From the NCBI GenBank assembly GCA_018714385.1, contig DVNL01000007.1, positions 6,037 to 70,036 on the forward strand: 64,000 nt of DNA, written 5' to 3'. The notes under the pieces were generated by a model. That model was not told the DNA's origin and did not search any database. It was given only the letters and a program-made list of their open reading frames with translations. Below, in pieces: positions 50,391 through 60,380 of the stretch (position 1 is the stretch's first letter; the number at the start of each line of letters is the position of its first letter). This DNA is from Candidatus Enterosoma merdigallinarum. Lineage in GTDB: Bacteria; Bacillota_I; Bacilli_A; RFN20; CAG-288. A program made the position numbers and the translations under genes.

Positions 50391-51624
50391 TAGCCATCGT
50401 GTCAGGTTTTTTATTTCCGCGATAACTGGCAAGGAATGTTATCGGATCGATCTCGAAATTGTCTTCGATTTCCCCGTTGACACGATAGAAAGAAACGTCG
50501 GTCGAATTGATGTTATAAAGCCGATAGACGAAATAAATGTCTTTGTCTCTTTTGGAGGCTTCCAGCTCGCCTTTTGATATCTGGAATTTCGTGTCGATTC
50601 GGCTTTTCGTCGATTTGACTTCGATATGGATCTCCCTCACTTCTCCATCGAAGAGGTCATAGGAACGGATGTCGTAGCCGAAATAGTCCGATTTCGATGC
50701 GACCCACTCGATCTTGTCGGCATAGTCGGCCAATTTCTCGTTTTTCAACAATCTCTCTTTTTCATAAGCGAGGACAAGCTTTTCGCCCAGCAGTCCGGTC
50801 TTGGCATCCTCTTCGGCTTTCTTGAGATAGTCGATCTTTTTGGGGATAGGGTTTGTAAGGCGGGCGAATCTTTCGCTTCTGTCGACTTTGGGCTGGACTT
50901 CTTTGAGACGGCGGTTGAAATCATAGGGCTCGAACCCGTCCTCGTCGATGCTATCTTTGATGATCTGCTCCGCCGTGTCTGAGTCGAGGGTCAAATCCTT
51001 CTGATTTTTCACTCTTTCGTATTCCAGGATATTTTCCACGATCGTCTCATAGCTGTTTGTCCCGGAGTGTTTGACGATGTCGTCGTAGATAGATATCATC
51101 GAAGACAAATCATCAACAAGTTCTTTTTCATTAAAAGAATTGGACTGATAGTATTTTGAAAGAATCGTTGTTTTTTCATATCCATATCCAAGGGATGACT
51201 TCTTTGCAGATAAATCTATTGGACCATTCGAGAACTTCGTTGGACCTATTTCATCTCGAAGGTAGTTCGATACGAGTTCCGCGACCCGATATTTTTCTCT
51301 TTTGTATTCTTTCTCAAAATAAGTGATGCCTTGCTGGAGGACGAGATAGAAGCCGATCATGTCCCGACGGAAAAGATAGCAGACATAGATGCCGTTCTGA
51401 GTGGAGATCGTCATGTTCTTGTTCAGTATCGACACCCAAGGATAGTCGGTCTTGTTCCCTTGGCCCATGGAGCCTTTGACGGAAAGTTCTTTCCGGTTTC
51501 CTAGCCTTGCGGCGATTTCTTTCGGCAGTTCCCGGACCAGTTCACGATAAAGCGGATCTGTGTTGTCCACCTTTGTTTTGAGGCCGAGATAGCCTTTTAA
51601 TATATCCTGAAACTGTTTTTGCAT
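50374..51624 (-). CDS. DUF3578 (McrB N-terminal-like) + DUF3883 endonuclease; putative modification-dependent restriction enzyme
   Basis: 'GSMGQGN..YPWVSI..STQNGIYVCYLF..LQQG'; 'GEKLV...GYDIRSYD...IEVKST'. Confidence 0.82.
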   Translation of the reverse strand: MQKQFQDILKGYLGLKTKVDNTDPLYRELVRELPKEIAARLGNRKELSVKGSMGQGNKTDYPWVSILNKNMTISTQNGIYVCYLFRRDMIGFYLVLQQGITYFEKEYKREKYRVAELVSNYLRDEIGPTKFSNGPIDLSAKKSSLGYGYEKTTILSKYYQSNSFNEKELVDDLSSMISIYDDIVKHSGTNSYETIVENILEYERVKNQKDLTLDSDTAEQIIKDSIDEDGFEPYDFNRRLKEVQPKVDRSERFARLTNPIPKKIDYLKKAEEDAKTGLLGEKLVLAYEKERLLKNEKLADYADKIEWVASKSDYFGYDIRSYDLFDGEVREIHIEVKSTKSRIDTKFQISKGELEASKRDKDIYFVYRLYNINSTDVSFYRVNGEIEDNFEIDPITFLASYRGNKKPDTMATTPPY

Positions 51625-51891
51625 AAGGACTTCCGCTTTCGTCGCCTAGTATACCAGATCGTACAATACAACTCATCCCTTTCGGAGGGCTTTCTGTATC
51701 GGAAAAAAGCTTTTCTTCCATTGAGCAAGATAATATTACCGAGGTCCGGATATGTTGTATCTAGACAAGAATATTTTTGGAAACAATGGGTGTCAAAACT
51801 TGAATCTGATAAAATTAGATTGTCGAAAGGCAAAAAGAGGTTGAGCATTCATTTTTGTAGACGCTAAAATTGATGGAGAGAAGGTAAAACC

Positions 51892-54800
51892 ATGAAACTG
51901 AAAAAAACGATCCTCGGAGTCTGGACGCTTTCTTTTTTGGCGATGCTGGTCGCCTGCAACACGGATCAGCCCATATCGTCTTTCCCTTCTTCTATTTTCG
52001 GAAGCAGTTCCTCTTCGTCCGATTCCTCATGGAGCTCGTCTTGGGGTTCCTCCTCCTCTTCTTCCGCGGAAGCCTTGTCGATCGAGATTCTCGAAGGGGA
52101 TTCTTTGACACTCGATGAGGGCGACGAAAAGAAACTTCACGCTCGGGTGAACCGCGAGGATGCCATTATCGAGTGGACGAGCGAAAACGTAGAGGTCGCC
52201 ACGGTTTCTTCCGACGGAATCGTCACGGCCCTCCAGGAGGGCGAGACGATGATCCATGTCACGGCAAGAGACGGCGAGGAGACGGCCTATGCCATGGTTC
52301 GCATCCTGGTCCTTTCTTCTTTCGTCCCTTTAGGCGGGGTGGAGCTCAATGTCAATGAATTGACACTGGATTTGGACGACGATCCCTATGCCTTGAGCGT
52401 TAATCTTTATCCCGAAGACACTTCCGTCACGCCCGATCAGCTGACGTGGCAGTCGAGCAACGAATTTGTCGCGACAGTCGACAAAAACGGCGTCGTCACG
52501 CCGAAGGGCTATGGCGAGGGATGCGAAATTCGGGTTCTTTACAACGGGGAGGTTCTTGCCGTCTGCACCGTGAAAGTCCAAGACAGCGAGGCCAAACTCC
52601 TTTTTGTCAAGCAAGAGGACGGGACCTATTTCGTTTTTTCCACCGAGAATCCCGACATCCAAGAGGTGACCGTCCCAAGCGCCTACAACGGGAAGCCTGT
52701 CACGGGCGTTTCCATGTATGCCTTCTCCGGTCTGAAATCTTTGACATCGATCCATCTTCCCGAGACGATCGCCCGAATCGATGATTCCGCCTTCAGCGGG
52801 TGCTCTTCCCTGAAGGAAATCACGCTTCCTTCTTCCGTGACTTCTATAGGGAGATTCCTTTTCAGCGACTGTACGGCTCTTGAAAACGTCGCCCTTCCTT
52901 CCCGAATCGATGCCATTCCGGATTATTGCTTCTCAGATTGCACTTCTCTCCGCCGAATCAGCATTCCGTCTTCCGTGAAGTCCATCGGTTCCTATGCCTT
53001 TTCCGGCTGCACGAATATTCAAGAAGCCGTTCTTCCCCCGCAGCTCGAGACGATCGGGGAATACGCCTTCCAGATGTGCGAAAGTCTTCCTCAGATCGCC
53101 ATTCCTTCCTCTGTCACGTATGTAGGCACAAGCGCGTTTTTGTTGTGTGGGAATCTGGTCATCTATCTCCTCGGAACCGACGAAAGCTGGAGCAACCTAT
53201 GGAATGCAAGCCTTTGCCCGACGGTACGGTATGACGATGTCGCCGGATCTCTTGACATTGACGGCATCCGCTATCTCCTTTCCGAGGAAGAGGGTGTTTT
53301 GACCGCAACGGTTTTCCGCTATCTTGGGTCGCAGACAGAAGTCGCGATCCCCGACACCATCACAAGCGAAGGACGGGAGATTCCGGTCGTTCAAGTAGGC
53401 GATTATGCCTTCTATGGATGCGACACTTTGCAATCTGTTTCCTTCGGATCCAACCTTTCCCATATCGGCGTCGGCGCTTTCCTGGGCTGCTCGGGATTGC
53501 GCGACGTTTCGTTCTCCGAGGGATTGAGAACCATAGGCAATGATGCCTTTTCCGGCTGCACGTCTTTGGAGCTGCTGTCTCTTCCCGAAGGTCTTGAGGA
53601 AATCGGTCAGATGGCCTTCGACGGGTGTTCCGCCCTTCGCTATGTCTATATTCCCTCCTCCACGGAAATCATCGGATGGCACGCTTTCCGGGATTGCCCG
53701 GCTTTGACGATCTACACGGCTTTCAATTACGCTCCGACCGGGTGGGACAGCTCGGTAAGAGGTTTGACAGTCGTCTGGTCCTATGACACGGGAAACTTTT
53801 TCCGGGTCGACGATTTTGTCTACTTCCTTTTGGACGGACAAAACGGAAGCGCCGAGGTCGTCTCCTATGTTGGGGAGGAAGCGAATGTCACCATTCCGGA
53901 GACTCTTCTATATGATGGCAAGACCTTCCGGGTGACAAGCATCGGCAACAGCGTCTTCGAGAATGCAAGCATCACCCATGTCATCCTTCCCCAAGGCCTT
54001 GAGAAAATTGGCGACTATGCCTTCAGGGGATGCTCGAATCTTCAGTCCGTCAATCTGCCCGACTCGCTTGTCTCTATCGGAGGGGCGGCTTTCTCCGGCT
54101 GCACGAGCCTTGCCAGTGTCATCATTCCTTCCGCTATCGAATTCCTTGGAAATATCCTTTTCGAATACGACAGCAACACGATTCTCTATTGCGAGGCGAA
54201 GGAGTCTTCCGAAAATTGGGCAGACCAATGGTTTGGCAATGCCAAGGTCGTCTATGACTACAAGAATGTTCAAGTCTATGAGCAAGATAACATTCTCTAT
54301 AGCATCCCGAATGATATGAACGGAAATGCCGGTGTGATCTGCATCGGTCCTCGTCCGTCTGTTTCCGGGATGGTCATCCTTCCTGGCACTATTGCCTATG
54401 GCGGAAGGGATTTGCCGATCGTCAAGATCGAAGACGGCGCTTTCTGTGGTGACGACATCGAGGGAATTCTCCTTCCGGATTCTGTCGGGGAAATCGGCCG
54501 CTATGCTTTTGCCTATTGCAAAAATCTGAAGGTTGTCGAACTTCCGGAAAGCCTCCTTTCTATCGGATCCGTCGCGTTCTATGGCTGCCCCCTTCTTGAG
54601 ACTGTCAGCATACCGGGGAGCGTTGAATATGTCGGAAGCATCGCTTTCGATACCGATTCCTATATTTATTTTCCTTTTGACGAGATCCCTCCGGGTTGGG
54701 ATGAAAACTGGCATAGTCAAAGTGCACAGTCCGAGGTGGGAGAATTCAAGGCCATCCTCCGATATCAAGACTATCGTGTCGGCATCCATGAGGATAGCGA

Positions 54801-57543
54801 TGAGGGACTTTCGGCGGAGCTTGTCTCCTATTCCGGCCCTGATGGCGACATCAAGATCCCGGCGGAGATTCCCTATTTTGGAAAGAGTGTCCCTGTGACG
54901 ATCCTGGGAAGACAACTTTTTAGCGAACGACAGATCACTTCCGTCGAGATACCGGACACGGTAGAGATCCTGGAGGCCAATGCTTTCTGCTACACAGGAT
55001 TGACGGCTGTGGATCTACCTTCCTCCTTGACGAGCATCGGGGCGGGGTGCTTTTCTAACACGGCATTGAAGAAGATCGTCCTGCCCGATGGAATCAAGAC
55101 AATAGAGAATAGTACCTTTAGCCAATGCACAGACTTGCAAGAAGTCGTCTTTTCGAAGAGCTTGGAGACGATCGAAGGATACGCCTTCTATGGGTGTTCA
55201 AGCTTGGGCCACGTCATTCTTCCCGATGGGCTTTTGACGATCGGCGAGTCTGCCTTTAGTGGATGCTATTTATCCTATATCTATGTCCCGAAGACGGTCT
55301 TGACCATCGGTGTGTGCGCTTTTGACGATGCGCAGCTTGTCCTTCTGGAAGGTGAACGTAGCCGGTACTTCTCGGGAAATCCCCTAAACTATGCCGAGAA
55401 TGTCGTCCGCGGCGACTTTGTCGTCGTCGGAGATTTCCTATACAACGTCTACGAGAGGGACGGCATCCTGGTCGCCGATATTCTGGACTATTACGGTGCG
55501 GAAAGCGACCTCGTGCTCTCAGAGACAATTCGATATGGTGAGAAAGAAGCCAAGATCATTTCCATCGGGGAATGGGTGTTCTACGATAACCAGGACCTGA
55601 AATCGATAACGATGCCGGATACCATAGAAAAGATTTCCGCCTTTGCCTTCTCCTTCTCGAGCGTCGAGAGGATACGATTCTCTAGGACCCTTCTTGAGAT
55701 AGGGGACAAAGCCTTTGCCGAGTGCCGGAACATTGTCTCTCTCTATCTCCCGGACGGCTTGGAGAGGATCGGCGATTCGGCTTTCCACAACTGTGTCTCC
55801 CTCCAGCTTATTTTCCTTCCTGAAAGCGTCACGTCCCTGGGAAGCGACAATTTTAACAGCATGTATCCTTGTCGTCTGTATACGGACGGCTCCATTTCTC
55901 TTGTCGATGTGACTTTGCTCACGACTGGCGTTCAAGTCATCGACTTCGTCGAGGTCGGCGGCCTGTTCTATGCCATCATTCAAGGCGAGGATGGACAGCT
56001 TTATGCCGAGACGGCTTTGTATATGGGGCAAGAAATCCAAGTGACGATTCCCGAGAGCGTCATCTATGGCGGCGAGGCGATTTCCGTCAAGGGAATCGGG
56101 AAGGGGGCTTTTATACGCACGAATATCGATCGTGTCGACATGGCCGATTCGATCGAATACATCCGAGACCATGCCTTTGAATCCTGCGAATCCCTTTATA
56201 CCGTAATCTTTTCAGCAAGCCTCAAGACGATCGGCACCTATGCTTTCGCCTATTGTTACGCTCTCACAAGCGTCTACTTCCCCGACTCCCTCAGGGAAAT
56301 CGGCCGTCGGGCTTTCGATAGCTGCTATGATCTGAAAGAGGTCCGATTCAACGAGGGGCTGCTGTCCATCGGCGATACGGCTTTCTTCCTTTGTCCGATC
56401 GATTATGTTCTGCTTCCTCAAGGCATCGAGTTTATCGGACAATCTGCTTTCAATGAGGTCGGGTATGTTTACATTCGTGAAGAGAGCAAACCAGAAGGAT
56501 GGGAATGGAATCCACTTGGTAATGCCGTATGGAATCCTAATCTTGAAGAGATCGTCGTTGAAAACGGCTTCCACTTCGGGATTTATTACGAAGATGGAAA
56601 ACCATATGCCATTCTCTATCATTATGATGGAGACGCAGGTTATCTTTCCCTTCCGGGACTGGTCGCCTGCGATTCCGCTTTCGATGCCGTCACCTTCAAG
56701 CATCTGGAAGTAGAGGAACTCCAACTTTCTGCTTCCGTTCCCATCGACGATCGTCAGATCTATGCGACATTGGACACCAGCAAGGTGGGGCCGAACCAAT
56801 ACGAATACACCTTCGTCGACGATGACGGCACGCCCAAGACGCAGACCTATACCTATGAAGTCTTGCCTGCCGTCAAAGCCACCATCGGCTTTGAAATCTA
56901 TCTCGACCATCCTTATATGATCGACGGAAGGATATTTGTCCAGGGCACGGACGATTTCTTTGCCATGGATCAGGCCGTGGACAGCAATTCCTTCTCTCTT
57001 TGCAACGAGATCGACTTGGAGAGCGGAGAGCATATCTCCTTGCCTATCGATGCCGAATATGTCTGGAACGGACAGCCTGAGAACCTCACTCTGAATGATC
57101 TCGGTGTGAGCACGGAAAACGAGGGGCGCTTTGAAACGGCCCTCACGGGAATGGTCGACATCAAGACCTATGACGATTCCGGCGAGGCGACGGGCACTCA
57201 TACCGTGTCGGAGCTCTCCTTCTGCTACGAAGTCCTGGGCGAAGTCGAAATGCAAACAAATGTCTCTCCCGATCCCCTGTTTGTCCGGTTTGACTCCTAC
57301 GGAAAGGTCATCGATGGAAAAGATTATTCCTTGGAAATCGAATTCTATCGGTATGATGAGCAGATCGGGTATAGCCATTGCTACATTTCGCCTTGGGACT
57401 TTGATGCGGAGGCTCAGGCCGCTCTCTGGAACGCCCTTCCGACGCAGGATGTCGGAACCTATGATTTCGTCTGGCAGTATGTCGACTCCAGCCGATGCTT
57501 GATCCTCGATGTTCCGGTTATGTACGAGATTGTGGAGGCTTAG
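51892..57543 (+). CDS. BspA-like leucine-rich-repeat surface lipoprotein with Ig-like domains (1883 aa)
   Basis: Lipobox LVAC, Ser linker, two Big_2-like domains ('W.S.N..VATV...G.VT'), many 'IG..AF.GC..L..I.LP' repeats. Confidence 0.92.
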   Translation: MKLKKTILGVWTLSFLAMLVACNTDQPISSFPSSIFGSSSSSSDSSWSSSWGSSSSSSAEALSIEILEGDSLTLDEGDEKKLHARVNREDAIIEWTSENVEVATVSSDGIVTALQEGETMIHVTARDGEETAYAMVRILVLSSFVPLGGVELNVNELTLDLDDDPYALSVNLYPEDTSVTPDQLTWQSSNEFVATVDKNGVVTPKGYGEGCEIRVLYNGEVLAVCTVKVQDSEAKLLFVKQEDGTYFVFSTENPDIQEVTVPSAYNGKPVTGVSMYAFSGLKSLTSIHLPETIARIDDSAFSGCSSLKEITLPSSVTSIGRFLFSDCTALENVALPSRIDAIPDYCFSDCTSLRRISIPSSVKSIGSYAFSGCTNIQEAVLPPQLETIGEYAFQMCESLPQIAIPSSVTYVGTSAFLLCGNLVIYLLGTDESWSNLWNASLCPTVRYDDVAGSLDIDGIRYLLSEEEGVLTATVFRYLGSQTEVAIPDTITSEGREIPVVQVGDYAFYGCDTLQSVSFGSNLSHIGVGAFLGCSGLRDVSFSEGLRTIGNDAFSGCTSLELLSLPEGLEEIGQMAFDGCSALRYVYIPSSTEIIGWHAFRDCPALTIYTAFNYAPTGWDSSVRGLTVVWSYDTGNFFRVDDFVYFLLDGQNGSAEVVSYVGEEANVTIPETLLYDGKTFRVTSIGNSVFENASITHVILPQGLEKIGDYAFRGCSNLQSVNLPDSLVSIGGAAFSGCTSLASVIIPSAIEFLGNILFEYDSNTILYCEAKESSENWADQWFGNAKVVYDYKNVQVYEQDNILYSIPNDMNGNAGVICIGPRPSVSGMVILPGTIAYGGRDLPIVKIEDGAFCGDDIEGILLPDSVGEIGRYAFAYCKNLKVVELPESLLSIGSVAFYGCPLLETVSIPGSVEYVGSIAFDTDSYIYFPFDEIPPGWDENWHSQSAQSEVGEFKAILRYQDYRVGIHEDSDEGLSAELVSYSGPDGDIKIPAEIPYFGKSVPVTILGRQLFSERQITSVEIPDTVEILEANAFCYTGLTAVDLPSSLTSIGAGCFSNTALKKIVLPDGIKTIENSTFSQCTDLQEVVFSKSLETIEGYAFYGCSSLGHVILPDGLLTIGESAFSGCYLSYIYVPKTVLTIGVCAFDDAQLVLLEGERSRYFSGNPLNYAENVVRGDFVVVGDFLYNVYERDGILVADILDYYGAESDLVLSETIRYGEKEAKIISIGEWVFYDNQDLKSITMPDTIEKISAFAFSFSSVERIRFSRTLLEIGDKAFAECRNIVSLYLPDGLERIGDSAFHNCVSLQLIFLPESVTSLGSDNFNSMYPCRLYTDGSISLVDVTLLTTGVQVIDFVEVGGLFYAIIQGEDGQLYAETALYMGQEIQVTIPESVIYGGEAISVKGIGKGAFIRTNIDRVDMADSIEYIRDHAFESCESLYTVIFSASLKTIGTYAFAYCYALTSVYFPDSLREIGRRAFDSCYDLKEVRFNEGLLSIGDTAFFLCPIDYVLLPQGIEFIGQSAFNEVGYVYIREESKPEGWEWNPLGNAVWNPNLEEIVVENGFHFGIYYEDGKPYAILYHYDGDAGYLSLPGLVACDSAFDAVTFKHLEVEELQLSASVPIDDRQIYATLDTSKVGPNQYEYTFVDDDGTPKTQTYTYEVLPAVKATIGFEIYLDHPYMIDGRIFVQGTDDFFAMDQAVDSNSFSLCNEIDLESGEHISLPIDAEYVWNGQPENLTLNDLGVSTENEGRFETALTGMVDIKTYDDSGEATGTHTVSELSFCYEVLGEVEMQTNVSPDPLFVRFDSYGKVIDGKDYSLEIEFYRYDEQIGYSHCYISPWDFDAEAQAALWNALPTQDVGTYDFVWQYVDSSRCLILDVPVMYEIVEA

Positions 57544-57615
57544 TTCGTCCCCAGCTTTCCTAATAGGAATAGACACCGGGATTTTTCTTCTCAGTCGGTG
57601 CGATAAAATAAATGC

Positions 57616-60288
57616 ATGATCAAGCTTTCCCACGTTCGCAAGGCCTACCGTTTTTCCGGAAGAGAGAGTCTTGTCCTGAGGGACATCGATTTTCGTCTTC
57701 CGGAAAGAGGCCTTGTCGCCATCGTGGGCGATTCCGGAAGCGGAAAGACCACCCTTTTGAATGTTTTGGGCGGGCTGGACCGTGACTATGAAGGGGAGGT
57801 CCTTTTCGATGGCCGGGATTTGAAGAGCCTCGACGAGAAGGAGAGGAACGTCTATCGGAACCGGAACGTCGGATTTGTATTCCAGGATTTCGTCCTTGTC
57901 GACGAACTGACGGTGGAGGAGAACATCCTCCTTCCGTGCGGAAGCAAAAGGAAAGAGGCAAAGGCGGAGCTGCCGCAGCTTTTGATGAGCGTCGGCCTGG
58001 AGGGGTTCGAAAGGCGGCTTGCCAAGAATCTTTCCGGCGGGGAAAAGCAGCGTGTCGCCATTCTCAGGGCTCTCGTCAACAAGCCGAGGATGATCTTGGC
58101 CGATGAACCGACGGGAGCCTTGGACAAGAACAACAGCCGACAGATCGCCTTGATACTGAAAGATGTCTCGAAAACACGTCTCGTCGTCATGGTGACGCAC
58201 AATGATGCCTTGGCAAAAGAATTTTCCGATTTAATCATTAAGATCGAGGATGGCGTTGCCGTTCAAGATGGTGCAATCTTGAAAGATTCGGTAGCAACAA
58301 GTGTTTTTAGCAAAGCTCCTTTGCATGTCGGCCTTCTTCAACTGCTCAAGATTGCCGCCACTTTCCTTTTCTCTCATCGCTTGAAGACGCTCCTGGCTTC
58401 TCTGGGGACGGCCTTTTCTATCTTCGGCCTCTCTTTGATCATGGCCGTCTACTCCGGTTTCGGGACGTACATCGGGGATCTGGAAGGACAGCTTCTCAAG
58501 CAGATTCCACTGGTCATCGAGGACTTTGCCTTGCCGTCCATCGGCCTTGCCAATTTCGGAGGCGATGAGAACTATGTCGAAAATGACGGCTTCGTTTCCG
58601 TCGATGACAGCCTCAACAATCTCTATGTTGCAAACGATATCGACGACGCCCTCATCGAGCATCTCGAAAACATGGATCCTTCGCTCTATGACGATCTCAA
58701 GATGCGTAACGGCATCTCTTTCCATTTGGTCGGGGAAAGCCAGAAGACCGGTTCCCTTTTGACCTTTTCCCAAAGCAGGGAGAGCTTCTTGGATGCGACC
58801 TTCTCCCATACGTCCACCCTTCGTGAGCTGCCGTCCTTCACCGATGAAATCGAAGAGCAATACGATCTTCTGGAAGGAGAATATCCTACAGGCGAAAACG
58901 ATCTTGTCCTCGTTTTGGGAAAGGACAATTCGGCAAGTTCGATTTTCCTGACTTCCTTGGGACTGGACGACTTTGCCATCAGGGATGGGAAGACCGTCCT
59001 GGATTTCGACAAGATCCTGTCGCAGGAATGGACCCTCATTCCCAATGCAGATTTTTACAAGGACATCACCGATCCTTATAACCCCATCGAGAAGACGGGC
59101 GTGTTCTTGAAGAGGCAGTACGATCTTGTCAATGAGTCATTGCGCCTTGGCGACTTTTTGTCGATAGGCCTTCCCGACGACGTGGATGACATCACGAAGG
59201 AAGAGGCGGAGAAGCTTTTGGAGTTCGTCGAGATTCCCGAAACGGCCATCGACATCGACACGGTCGACTTTTCCGACGAGGATTCCATCGAGGATTTCTT
59301 CCTGTCCCTCTTCCAGACGAAGAGGCTTTCCCTGTTTAGGGAGATGAACGAGGCGGAAAAGAGAAGCTATCGCAATGAGGGAAGGGGAAGGACGATCCGG
59401 ATTTCCGGCATCCTCAAAGCGAAGGAGGATTCCTTCCTCCCGTCCTTGCGGGGCGGCCTTTACTATACTTCGGCCTTTGCCGATGCCGTGGAGAGGGAAA
59501 ACTCTCCGTTCTTCGTCGATGAGAACGGGGATGGAAAAATCGCAGCTGACGAAGACCATCGGACACCGATAGCCAAGGCCTTCGAGGATCATTTCTACGT
59601 CTCTTATGACGGCCTCTTCCATCCGACGTATTGTTCGATTCTCGATTCGCCGACGGAGACGGAAGACGTCCAGGATTACTTTTCGGAAAGGGAACTCTAT
59701 GGAACGGAGAATCGCGTCTCTTCCATATCCATCTATCCGAAGAGCTTCCAGGACAAGGAAAGAATCCTTTCCTACATCGGCGAGTTCAACGCCGAAAGGC
59801 GGAAGCAGGGGAAGAGCGACATCGTCGTCACCGACCTTCCCGAGACGATTTTCTCGAACCTGGAGATGGTCCTGGACATCGTCTTCCTCGTCCTTGTCCT
59901 GTTCACGGGAATCTCGCTTCTGGTGGCCGTCATCCTCGTCTCGACCATCCTCTACTCCCATGTGACGGAAAGGACCAGGGAAATCGGCCTCTTCCGTGCC
60001 GTCGGTTTTTCCAAGATGAGCGTGTTTGGTCTCTTTGCCATCGCGAGTCTGCTCATCGGCCTTCTTGGCGGCTTTCTCGGCCTCGTTCTTTGCTATATCG
60101 TTTCCGCCTTCGTGAACATAGGTGCGAACAGTCTTTTCCCGACCTATGGCCTGGGATCCTTGGCATCTCTTCCCTTCCCCATCGCCCTATTGGTCTTGGC
60201 CTTCGCCCTTCTTCTTTCTTTCCTCTCCGCCATTGCGCCGAGCCTTTTTGCCGCCAGAAAGGATCCGGCGCGGTCTTTGAGGGATTGA
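57616..60288 (+). CDS. ABC transporter ATP-binding/permease fusion (MacB-like)
   Basis: GDSGSGKT, LSGGEKQR, ADEPTGALD; 'ERTREIGLFRAVG', 'AARKDP'. Confidence 0.92.
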   Translation: MIKLSHVRKAYRFSGRESLVLRDIDFRLPERGLVAIVGDSGSGKTTLLNVLGGLDRDYEGEVLFDGRDLKSLDEKERNVYRNRNVGFVFQDFVLVDELTVEENILLPCGSKRKEAKAELPQLLMSVGLEGFERRLAKNLSGGEKQRVAILRALVNKPRMILADEPTGALDKNNSRQIALILKDVSKTRLVVMVTHNDALAKEFSDLIIKIEDGVAVQDGAILKDSVATSVFSKAPLHVGLLQLLKIAATFLFSHRLKTLLASLGTAFSIFGLSLIMAVYSGFGTYIGDLEGQLLKQIPLVIEDFALPSIGLANFGGDENYVENDGFVSVDDSLNNLYVANDIDDALIEHLENMDPSLYDDLKMRNGISFHLVGESQKTGSLLTFSQSRESFLDATFSHTSTLRELPSFTDEIEEQYDLLEGEYPTGENDLVLVLGKDNSASSIFLTSLGLDDFAIRDGKTVLDFDKILSQEWTLIPNADFYKDITDPYNPIEKTGVFLKRQYDLVNESLRLGDFLSIGLPDDVDDITKEEAEKLLEFVEIPETAIDIDTVDFSDEDSIEDFFLSLFQTKRLSLFREMNEAEKRSYRNEGRGRTIRISGILKAKEDSFLPSLRGGLYYTSAFADAVERENSPFFVDENGDGKIAADEDHRTPIAKAFEDHFYVSYDGLFHPTYCSILDSPTETEDVQDYFSERELYGTENRVSSISIYPKSFQDKERILSYIGEFNAERRKQGKSDIVVTDLPETIFSNLEMVLDIVFLVLVLFTGISLLVAVILVSTILYSHVTERTREIGLFRAVGFSKMSVFGLFAIASLLIGLLGGFLGLVLCYIVSAFVNIGANSLFPTYGLGSLASLPFPIALLVLAFALLLSFLSAIAPSLFAARKDPARSLRD

Positions 60289-60380
60289 CGATCTGCTTCT
60301 GTTTCGAGGCAATTTACATGACAAAAAGCGCTAGAAAGGAAAGCTTTCAGGATGATTTTCTTCCGGAAAATCGGAAGATG

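Noticed and set aside
52600-56560. DGR or nucleotide-level repeat cassettes in the LRR gene
   Set aside because: Repeats are diverged at DNA level, and no reverse transcriptase or TR/VR pair was noticed
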